Assembly (NCBI GenBank): GCA_045579585.1
Contig: JAZNMK010000009.1
Span: forward strand, 3,705 to 67,704
From: Acutalibacteraceae bacterium
GTDB lineage: Bacteria; Bacillota; Clostridia; Oscillospirales; Acutalibacteraceae
Length of the DNA stretch: 64,000 bases
Reading direction: 5' to 3'
Below the pieces are notes generated by a model that saw nothing but the letters and a program-made list of their open reading frames with translations, ran no database searches and was not told the origin of the DNA. Positions 28,281 to 35,731 of the stretch are shown piece by piece. A program made the translations under genes and the position numbers. Every line of letters begins with the position of its first letter. Position 1 is the stretch's first letter.

Positions 28281-29204
28281 GTGATACAATTTCAAGGATA
28301 TGTTTACGACCCGGATTCAGAGGTGAGTGATTTGCGACCGATAAAAGAAATTTTGCGTGAAGAATACTGGAATATTGCCTACCGTTTTTGCAGCGACGGC
28401 GAAACTTTGCTTGACGGTAAGTGCGATGCGTTTTCTGTTTTGCCTGAAAGTAAACGCTATTGGTACGCGGATCCTTTTCTTTTTGAACACGGCGGCAAGG
28501 TGTATCTTTTTGTCGAGATGTTTGACAATGTTACCGAAAAAGGTCTTATCGGCGTTTCTGTGCTCTGCAAAGACGGTTTCAGCGTCCCGAAGGTTGTGAT
28601 TGAAGAGAGCTTTCACCTTTCATATCCTTTCGTGTTCGAAGAGAACGGAGAAATATATATGATGCCCGAAACAATGGATGATGGCTGTATTCAGCTTTAT
28701 AGGGCGGTGGATTTCCCCGAAAAATGGGAGAAAAAGTCAGTTCTTGTCAGGGAAAAAGGCATGGTGGATGCCGTCATTTGCGGCGAATGGCTTATCGCTT
28801 CACGGGTTACCGATACGGTGAGTAAGGAAACACAGCTTCAGCTTTTCAATAGACAAACAGGTGAAGCGCACCCGATAAATGAGTCGGTGCAGGGTAACCA
28901 GACAAGCCGCGGTGCAGGCAGAATTTTTAATTATGGTGACAAGCAGGTAAGACCTGCACAGAATTGCCTTAACGGAGTCTACGGTGCAGGACTTGTGTTT
29001 TATTCGGTTGATGAAATCAGCGACGTTTCCTACAGCGAAACAGAGATTTTCAGGCTTGAGCCGTCGCAGGTAAAATTGAAATCGGGCTCACCTGCCGAGG
29101 GTGTGCATACATATGCGCGCTGCGGTACGGTTGAAGTTGTCGATATCAAAAAGCACCGGTTGAACTTCAGGAGGGTTTTATGGATAGTGGCGAAAAAAAC
29201 ATGA
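28281..29204 (+). CDS. hypothetical protein resembling the GINT1-N / formyltransferase-associated beta-rich domain found in glycan loci
   Basis: WYADPFLFEHGGKVYLFVEMFD and SYPFVFEENGEIYMMPE segments recall that domain family (recollection only). GTG start has a weak RBS, so the start is uncertain. Confidence 0.4.
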   Translation: MIQFQGYVYDPDSEVSDLRPIKEILREEYWNIAYRFCSDGETLLDGKCDAFSVLPESKRYWYADPFLFEHGGKVYLFVEMFDNVTEKGLIGVSVLCKDGFSVPKVVIEESFHLSYPFVFEENGEIYMMPETMDDGCIQLYRAVDFPEKWEKKSVLVREKGMVDAVICGEWLIASRVTDTVSKETQLQLFNRQTGEAHPINESVQGNQTSRGAGRIFNYGDKQVRPAQNCLNGVYGAGLVFYSVDEISDVSYSETEIFRLEPSQVKLKSGSPAEGVHTYARCGTVEVVDIKKHRLNFRRVLWIVAKKT

Positions 29205-30352
29205 TGGAATATGCGATTGTTGTGGGCAACGCTCACTTTAATTCGTTGGGTATTGCCAGGAGCCTTGGCGAAAAAGGAATTCCGGTTGTGTTTATCAACT
29301 CTTCCGATTCGCATGGGGCAGAAACCAGCAAATATACTTTGAAAACATATCATAGAACCTCTTCGGACAATATTGAGGAGATAATCGACAGAGTTATAAG
29401 TGACTTTGGCGGGAAACCGGTACTTTATCCGTGTTCTGATGAGGATGCCGTTTTGATAGACGAAAAATACGAATACCTAAAAGATAAAGTTTATTGTCCC
29501 GGCTGCTGCGGTAAAATCAGCAGTTTTATGGATAAGGAAAAAATGTGTCGACTTGCACTTGAAGCAGGATTTAATGTACCGGATTTATGTGTAGTTTCTG
29601 TTGATGAAAAAGGGAAAAAACAAGCTGAAAGTTTCGGGTTGCCTTGCATATTCAAGCCATTAAAAAGCACGGACGGAGTAAAAGCTGATATAACAATATG
29701 CAGAACCAAGGAAGAGCGGATGACAGCTGTTGAAAAATTCTGGGGATCTGACAGTAAATACGGCAAGGTTTTGATTCAACAATTTGTCGAAGGACAAACT
29801 GATTTATCAGTAGATGTTTCAGGATACAAACTGAGGGGAAAGCGAGCCCGTTTTTTTGCACAGGTTGATAAAATCAGAGAATTTCCGAAGGATTGCGGCA
29901 GTGCAACTTTTTTCAAGGTAAAAGCTTATTCCGATGTTGTTGATAGGGAGGCCATTAATAACATTCTTGAAAGTATGGATTTTGAAGGTATTTTTGATTT
30001 AGACATAAAAGTAGTGGATTCAAAGCCCTACTTTATTGAAGTGAACCTCAGAAACGGAGCGGTTTCTTATGGCTATACAGTTGCGGGATTTAACATACCG
30101 TATATGTATTTTGAAGAAAAGTTAAGTGGCGAATTTAAGCACATAAGCGTAAAAGAAAAAATTGTTATGAGTGAAAGAGATGATCTTAGTTTTGTTCTGT
30201 CAAAACAGTTGTCACCTTTTTCATGGGTTAAAGATGTTATCAACACCGATGCTATGATGGTTCTGAATAAAAGAGATATGTTGCCATTCGAAAAAGCTTA
30301 TGGAAAATTGCCGTCAATCCTTTTCAGACTGTTGGCTAAAAAAACTGTTTAG
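29180..30352 (+). CDS. ATP-grasp domain enzyme (carboxylate-amine/thiol ligase type)
   Basis: The N-terminal pre-ATP-grasp segment (AIVVGNAHFNSLGIARSLGEKGIPVV), central KP.....G segment and E.N..... C-terminal pattern fit the ATP-grasp fold. AGGAGG RBS. Overlaps the upstream gene by 25 nt. Confidence 0.6.
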   Translation: MDSGEKNMMEYAIVVGNAHFNSLGIARSLGEKGIPVVFINSSDSHGAETSKYTLKTYHRTSSDNIEEIIDRVISDFGGKPVLYPCSDEDAVLIDEKYEYLKDKVYCPGCCGKISSFMDKEKMCRLALEAGFNVPDLCVVSVDEKGKKQAESFGLPCIFKPLKSTDGVKADITICRTKEERMTAVEKFWGSDSKYGKVLIQQFVEGQTDLSVDVSGYKLRGKRARFFAQVDKIREFPKDCGSATFFKVKAYSDVVDREAINNILESMDFEGIFDLDIKVVDSKPYFIEVNLRNGAVSYGYTVAGFNIPYMYFEEKLSGEFKHISVKEKIVMSERDDLSFVLSKQLSPFSWVKDVINTDAMMVLNKRDMLPFEKAYGKLPSILFRLLAKKTV

Positions 30353-30364
30353 GCAGGAGTTATT

Positions 30365-31561
30365 ATGAAAAAACTATTATTTGTTATAGATGATATGGGT
30401 AGCGGTGGCGGAGAAAAAAGCCTGTCTACACTTTTACAGCTGATAGACAAAAAAGAATACAGCATAGACTTGCTCGTTTTTTTCCCAAGGGGCTTGTTTA
30501 TGAAAGCAATTCCGCCGGAGGTTAATCTTATCGATCCCGGAGAAGAACATAAAATATTTTTTCAACCTCTTGCAAAAAGTCTATTTACTTTTCTTCGCTT
30601 ATTAAAATTTGATTTGATGTTTGCCAGGATATGTTATACTGCACTTTCTCTGGTGTCTCAAAAGCCCACAAGAGTGCAGAATCAGTTGAAATGGAAATAC
30701 TTAAAAAAATGCTTTGCTTCGTTTGAAAGAAAATATGATGCAGCAATAGGTTATCTGGAGGGCGATCCGAACTTTTTTGTTGCCGACTGTGTCAATGCAA
30801 AGGTTAAAATCGGATATATACATTGTGATTATGCGCAGCTCGGAGTTGACACGGAAATTGATAAAAAATTTTTTGAAAAGCTCGATAGAGTTGTCGGCGT
30901 CTCGGACGAATGTGTGGAGATACTCAAAAAAACTTTCTCTGATATGACGGAAAAGTTTATAAAAATTGAGAACATAACTTCGCCTAAAACTCTTGAAAAA
31001 ATGTCGCAGGAAATTCCAGCAGAATTTGAAGAAAAAACCAACACAAAAAACATACTGACTATCGGTAGAATTGCTGCGCCAAAAGGCTATGATATTGCGA
31101 TAGATGCAGCAGAAATTTTGAGTAAAAAAGGGTATGATTTCAAGTGGTTTTCAATCGGAAAAGGTGAGCTTTATGACGAGCTTTTGCAGAAAGTAAAAGA
31201 AAAAAATCTCGAAGAAAAATTTGTTTTTCTCGGCGAAAGAGCAAACCCGTATCCGTATCTCGCAAACTGTGATATATACGTACAACCCTCGTATTCTGAA
31301 GGAAAATCGATTGCCGTAGATGAGGCGAAGATACTTGCAAGACCGATTGTTGCAACAAAGTTTTCAACAGTTTACGATCAGCTGATTGACGGTGAAACGG
31401 CATTGCTTGCTGATATTGATGCGGCAAGTGTTGCGGAAAAAATAGAACAACTTTTTGATGAAAATCTTGCGAAAAAACTTTCGGAAAATCTGAAAAAAAT
31501 CAAGCTCGGAAATGAAGAAGAAATCGAGAAATTTTATGCGATTCTGGGTGAGAAAAAATGA
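30365..31561 (+). CDS. GT4 glycosyltransferase (paralog B)
   Basis: Full-length similarity to the 18474-19655 product, for example ERANPYPYLANCDIYVQPSYSEGKSIAVDEAKILARPIVATKFSTVYDQL versus EKANPYPYIKNCDIYVQPSYFEGKSIAVDEAKIFAKPVVCTKFPTVYDQL. Confidence 0.85.
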   Translation: MKKLLFVIDDMGSGGGEKSLSTLLQLIDKKEYSIDLLVFFPRGLFMKAIPPEVNLIDPGEEHKIFFQPLAKSLFTFLRLLKFDLMFARICYTALSLVSQKPTRVQNQLKWKYLKKCFASFERKYDAAIGYLEGDPNFFVADCVNAKVKIGYIHCDYAQLGVDTEIDKKFFEKLDRVVGVSDECVEILKKTFSDMTEKFIKIENITSPKTLEKMSQEIPAEFEEKTNTKNILTIGRIAAPKGYDIAIDAAEILSKKGYDFKWFSIGKGELYDELLQKVKEKNLEEKFVFLGERANPYPYLANCDIYVQPSYSEGKSIAVDEAKILARPIVATKFSTVYDQLIDGETALLADIDAASVAEKIEQLFDENLAKKLSENLKKIKLGNEEEIEKFYAILGEKK

Positions 31562-32676
31562 TTGAAATTCTGTTGGTTTTTGTGAGTGTTTTGTTGCTTG
31601 TTTGTCTGTGCTTTTTTGCGGCTGATATCGTTCCGATTTTTTCAGCCTGGCTCAAGCGCATTCATATCGGCAGATACACCGACAAAAACGTGTGGCGTGA
31701 TTCGGCAAAAAGAATTGCTGAAAAATATATCCGAAAAATGCCTCCCGTTCCTGTTACGGACAAAACACATTACACGTTAATTCCCAAGCTTAAAGGCGAG
31801 TATTATAACTTTGATTTCAACACTTGGCAGGTTGCCGCGCTGCTTATGGCATTGAGCGATAGTGACCAGGCTCGTGCCGATGCCAGCCGCTTTTTTGCCA
31901 AGGAGGATTGGAAGAACATTGGCTACAAACCCGGAACAGCAATGCTCTTTTACGCAATGCTCGTTGCCGGTTTCGATAATGATGAAAAGTTAAAAGCTGC
32001 AATGTCCGATTATGTTGCCAAAGTTGTTGCGGCGGCAGATGAAAAAACATTGCCCTACAATGTCGAACGTAAAGAGCGTTTTGTGGATACGCTCGGTATG
32101 GTTTGCCCGTTTCTGATTAAGTATCATCAGGTTTACGGTGCGCCTGAGCTGCTGGAGCTTGCAAAGCGTCAGTTCGATGAATTCTATAAATTCGGAATAA
32201 GCGAAATAACGAAGCTGCCCATTCACTGTTTCAATCCGGATAGCGGAATGCCGCTTGGTGTTTACGGTTGGGGCAGAGGCTGCGGTTGGCTTGCGCTTGC
32301 GCTGGATGAATGTATCGGTCTGCTTGAAGGCAAGGATGAATATGCGGCTGTTTTGAAAGAAAGAGCAAAACAGCTGATAGAGGCGCTGCTTAAGTATCAG
32401 AATGATGACGGTAGTTTTAATGCTTTGATTGGCTCTGATACTTCACGACGCGAATCCTCATCAACTGCAATGATAGGTGGCCTTCTCAGCCGAATTGGCT
32501 ACCGTAAAGAGGCTGAAAAATGCCTGGGCTACGTGATGAGCGTTACACGCCGTAACGGTGAGGTAGATTTTGCCCAGGGCGATACAATGGGTATCGGCAA
32601 CTATTCGCGCAGGTTTGAGCCGATGCCTGCGGCGCAGGGCTTCGCAGTTCTTTTAGCAAACAAACTTGATAAATGA
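31558..32676 (+). CDS. GH88/GH105-like (unsaturated glucuronyl/rhamnogalacturonyl hydrolase fold) protein with an N-terminal TM anchor
   Basis: The YGWGRGCGWLALAL motif resembles the W.RGNGW signature of GH88/GH105 (alpha/alpha)6 enzymes. ATGA overlap with the upstream GT4. Confidence 0.5.
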   Translation: MIEILLVFVSVLLLVCLCFFAADIVPIFSAWLKRIHIGRYTDKNVWRDSAKRIAEKYIRKMPPVPVTDKTHYTLIPKLKGEYYNFDFNTWQVAALLMALSDSDQARADASRFFAKEDWKNIGYKPGTAMLFYAMLVAGFDNDEKLKAAMSDYVAKVVAAADEKTLPYNVERKERFVDTLGMVCPFLIKYHQVYGAPELLELAKRQFDEFYKFGISEITKLPIHCFNPDSGMPLGVYGWGRGCGWLALALDECIGLLEGKDEYAAVLKERAKQLIEALLKYQNDDGSFNALIGSDTSRRESSSTAMIGGLLSRIGYRKEAEKCLGYVMSVTRRNGEVDFAQGDTMGIGNYSRRFEPMPAAQGFAVLLANKLDK

Positions 32677-32785
32677 CATAAAAAATCAGCAGGGCGGAGA
32701 ACGTGAACAGGTCCAGTAAAAACGGACAATGAAAAAAGGAGCCTCCTATGGTAGAATTAAAGAAACTACCATAGGAGGTTTTGTT

Positions 32786-33121
32786 ATGCCCCGAAGCTAT
32801 CGGCACATAAAAGATTATGAGAAAGAAATTCTTGAATTAAGAAAGCAAGGAAAAACAAAACGGGAAATTTGTGAAAAATATGGATTTTCAATGAAACAAT
32901 TAACCAACTTCATTACTCGACATAATACAAACCAAAAGAAAGTTGCAGCAGGTATAGCTTTAAAGAAGAAAGGCAGGCCACCGAAAGATTATGTGGTGCG
33001 AGAAGAAGATAAGATTGCTGAACTGAAATATATCCTTGCCCGAAAAGAAGCAAAGATAAAATCGTTGGAAATGGAAAATGAGTTGATGCGGGATTTTCTC
33101 TCGCTCACAGAAAGGAAGTGA
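32786..33121 (+). CDS. IS3-family transposase OrfA (HTH)
   Basis: MPRSYRHIKDYEKEILELRKQGKTKREICEKYG HTH segment followed by a leucine-zipper-like C-terminus. AGGAGG RBS before ATG 32786. Confidence 0.85.
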   Translation: MPRSYRHIKDYEKEILELRKQGKTKREICEKYGFSMKQLTNFITRHNTNQKKVAAGIALKKKGRPPKDYVVREEDKIAELKYILARKEAKIKSLEMENELMRDFLSLTERK

Positions 33122-33972
33122 GAACAAGTGTAAAGTTTATGGTAATCTACCGTCACAAAGACAAATATTCAATAAGTGAAATGTGCCGATTCTTCAATGT
33201 GTCAAGAAGCGGTTACTATGACTATGTCAAAAGAATAGATATACCTGCAAAGGATTTACCGTTAGCTGAAAAGATAAAAGAATGTCAGGACAAATGCGGT
33301 AAAACATACGGTTATCGCAGAGTACATATGTGGCTTGAAAGAGAAAACATACATCATAATCCCAAAACAATATTAAGAGTTATGCAGAAATACAACCTGT
33401 TATCGGTAGTCAGAAGAAAGAAATACCGCAATTACGGTGATTATCTTCACCGTTATCCCAATCTGCTTAACAGAGATTTCGCCGCTGACAGACCGAACCA
33501 AAAGTGGGTTACGGATATATCATACATCAAAACACAGCAGGGAACACTTTATCTTTCTGTAATCAGAGATTTGTATGATAACAGTATTGTTGCATACAAA
33601 ACCGGTACAGAACAAAATATCAATCTTGTCCTAAGCACAATCAGAGCAGCCAAAAGAAAAGAGAAGGTCACTGCAGAGCTGCAACTCCACAGTGACCAAG
33701 GCTTTCAATACACATCTCATCCGTATTTTAAGCTAACTCAATCATACGGCATAACGCCTTCAATGTCAAGACGCGGAAATCCATATGATAATGCAATGGC
33801 TGAAAATTTCTTTTCTATTCTTAAAACAGAATGTATTTACAGGGTTAAACTGAAAACTTATGAGGATGCTCGCATACTCATAAGCGAATACATACATTTT
33901 TACAACAACGAACGAATCCAATTAAAAACAAAACTGACTCCGCTTGAAAAACGAAGTCAGTATGTCGCTTAA
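33118..33972 (+). CDS. IS3-family transposase OrfB (DDE/rve integrase core)
   Basis: DDE triad context WVTDISYI, HSDQGFQYTS and NPYDNAMAENFF. It is in the -1 frame relative to orfA; GTG 33118 overlaps the orfA stop (GTGA). Confidence 0.88.
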   Translation: MRTSVKFMVIYRHKDKYSISEMCRFFNVSRSGYYDYVKRIDIPAKDLPLAEKIKECQDKCGKTYGYRRVHMWLERENIHHNPKTILRVMQKYNLLSVVRRKKYRNYGDYLHRYPNLLNRDFAADRPNQKWVTDISYIKTQQGTLYLSVIRDLYDNSIVAYKTGTEQNINLVLSTIRAAKRKEKVTAELQLHSDQGFQYTSHPYFKLTQSYGITPSMSRRGNPYDNAMAENFFSILKTECIYRVKLKTYEDARILISEYIHFYNNERIQLKTKLTPLEKRSQYVA

Positions 33973-34063
33973 TTTAAATATTTCTGCCATAGAGCCTTTT
34001 TTTGTACTGTCCGCACAATTTGGGGCAGTTCAACGAATCTCTTGCCCTGCTTTTTTTGTCTGT

Positions 34064-34612
34064 TTATCTGTCGAATTCGTCACGGTTGATGTAATAGCCT
34101 ACAATGAAGCTTTTGGGGTCTGCTACTGCGCTTACCGAGTGGTATTCGTACCTGCGTGCAGTGCGAGGGATGCGGTTGTAAACGTAGATTTTTCCTTTAT
34201 AGTTTTCGACTGCATAAGCATGGATAGGGGAGAAAAAGCGTTTGCCTGTCCATCGGAAAACAATACCGCAGAATCCCGGTTCAAATCTGTCGCAGAAGGT
34301 GCGTGAATTACGGTCCAGATTAACCGGCAGATAGTGTGATGAAAAATAGCGGAAAGCGTGCAGAGGATGCACGCCTAAAATTCCGAGCGGGGTTTTAGCC
34401 TTTATATACAGTTCCCGTGCGGTATCGGCCAGCAGTGCAGGTCTGTTAAGCAGAATCATAAGGTTGTATACCGCTACAATACCGCTGCCTGCTGAGGCAA
34501 AATTCTTAAGACCGAATCGCATTTTTGAGACTTTTGAGCGCAGGTGACCGTTTACAATGGCGTTTGGTTCACCTACGGCTTTGTTGTGTTTGTAGTTGAT
34601 TTTTTCGAGCAT
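34064..34612 (-). CDS. hypothetical protein (182 aa)
   Basis: ORF with coding-like composition. Its start (ATG 34612-34610) overlaps the dCMP deaminase stop codon by 1 nt. No motif I can assign. Confidence 0.5.
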   Translation of the reverse strand: MLEKINYKHNKAVGEPNAIVNGHLRSKVSKMRFGLKNFASAGSGIVAVYNLMILLNRPALLADTARELYIKAKTPLGILGVHPLHAFRYFSSHYLPVNLDRNSRTFCDRFEPGFCGIVFRWTGKRFFSPIHAYAVENYKGKIYVYNRIPRTARRYEYHSVSAVADPKSFIVGYYINRDEFDR

Positions 34613-35109
34613 CAGACAAGCTCTTCCTTAAAGTTAATGATGACCTCATCGTGGTCAAGCTTAATTTTTGTCAGCTTAACTCCGGCGGCTGTGAGCATAC
34701 GCTTTGAGGCGCGAGTGCCCCAGGTATCTGCGTACTTATCGGAGAGGTAGATAACCTCGCTGATGCCGCACTGGATGATAGCTTTTGCGCACTCGTTGCA
34801 GGGGAAGAGAGCAACGTAAATTTTGCAGCCCTTGAGGTTGCCGCCTGCGTTGTTGAGGATTGCGTTGAGCTCAGCGTGGCAGACGTAGGGATATTTTGTG
34901 TCGTAGTTGTCGCCCGAGCGCTCCCAGGGGAAATCCTCATCGCTGCAGCCGAGAGGGAAGCCGTTGTAGCCGACTGACATAATTTTGTTGTTTTGGTTTA
35001 CGATGCAGGCGCCTACCTGTGTGTTGGGGTCCTTGCTGCGCTTTGCAGAAAGCATGGCAATACCCATAAAATATTCGTCCCAAGAAATATAGTCACTGCG
35101 TTTAGGCAT
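34612..35109 (-). CDS. comEB: dCMP (deoxycytidylate) deaminase, ComEB-type
   Basis: CHAELNAI and PCNECAK zinc-binding motifs. Start set to ATG 35109 (MPKRSDYISWDEYF), 7 nt after GGAGG. Confidence 0.88.
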   Translation of the reverse strand: MPKRSDYISWDEYFMGIAMLSAKRSKDPNTQVGACIVNQNNKIMSVGYNGFPLGCSDEDFPWERSGDNYDTKYPYVCHAELNAILNNAGGNLKGCKIYVALFPCNECAKAIIQCGISEVIYLSDKYADTWGTRASKRMLTAAGVKLTKIKLDHDEVIINFKEELV

Positions 35110-35147
35110 GAAAAAACCTCCGTAATCAATGTTATTCAATCCTGTCC

Positions 35148-35175
35148 ATTATACAGTATCGTGTGTGCGTTGTAA
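35148..35175 (-). promoter_or_regulatory. extended -10 promoter for comEB
   Basis: Minus strand: TTACAA (35175-35170), 16 nt, TG-TATAAT (35155-35148). Confidence 0.45.
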
Positions 35176-35696
35176 ATAAAAACGGTATATTTTTTGAGGT
35201 GAATCGGATTAAAAATGTGATATAATGCAGCGAAATATCGAAAACAATATGGTAAATTAGAATTAAATTGTAAACATTCTGTAAACTTTTTCGATTTTTC
35301 GGAAGAAAAACAGCAGAAAAAATGCATTTTTTGAGGAGAAAAAAGCATAAAAACGGGGTGGAATCGTGGCGTTTTTTTGGGTGAGTGGAGAGACGTGTGA
35401 CCAAAGTGAAGGAGAGTAAAAAAGCGGTGTGAAAGGTAAATTTTTCTGCAGAAAAAACATTGTGATGAATGTGGAAAATTTCAACGGAAAAACAGCAACG
35501 TTTTTTGCAAAGAAATGGTTGTAAATGGCTTAAAATCAACGCTTATCGGCATTTAGGAGAGTAGCGGAATCGGTGGCGAAAAGAGCGAAAAAAAGTGAAA
35601 AGCGCCTGTTTGTGCATTGCATACAGTTGAGGGGCTGTTTATTTCGTCAAGATGCACAAAGTTATGACTGAGCAGAGTGATTTTATGCGGAAAATG

Positions 35697-35725
35697 TTGA
35701 CACAAAAACAAAAAATTGCTATAGT
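35697..35725 (+). promoter_or_regulatory. near-consensus sigma-70 promoter driving the giant gene
   Basis: TTGACA (35697-35702), 17-nt spacer, TATAGT (35720-35725). It is the only strong plus-strand promoter match upstream of 36287. Confidence 0.6.
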
Positions 35726-35731
35726 AAATGC

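Larger units (their letters stand above)
32704..34032 (+). mobile_element. IS3-family insertion sequence, 1329 bp, apparently intact
   Basis: Imperfect terminal inverted repeats start TGAAC...CGGACA...AAAAAAGG...CTATGG at both ends (32704-32751 and the reverse complement of 33987-34032). 3-bp direct repeat ACG at 32701-32703 and 34033-35. orfA/orfB lie in the 0/-1 frame arrangement. Confidence 0.85.

Noticed and set aside
29400-31560. Impression that the ATP-grasp/GT4 segment is more AT-rich than its neighbours (horizontal acquisition)
   Set aside because: Hand counts of a few 60-nt samples gave similar values for other parts of the island. The claim cannot be supported without a sliding-window GC calculation.
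35440-35470. DnaA-box-like TGTGGAAAA (TTTTCCACA) in the AT-rich spacer, possible origin
   Set aside because: It is a single one-mismatch box with no cluster, no dnaA/dnaN context and no AT-rich unwinding repeats pattern.
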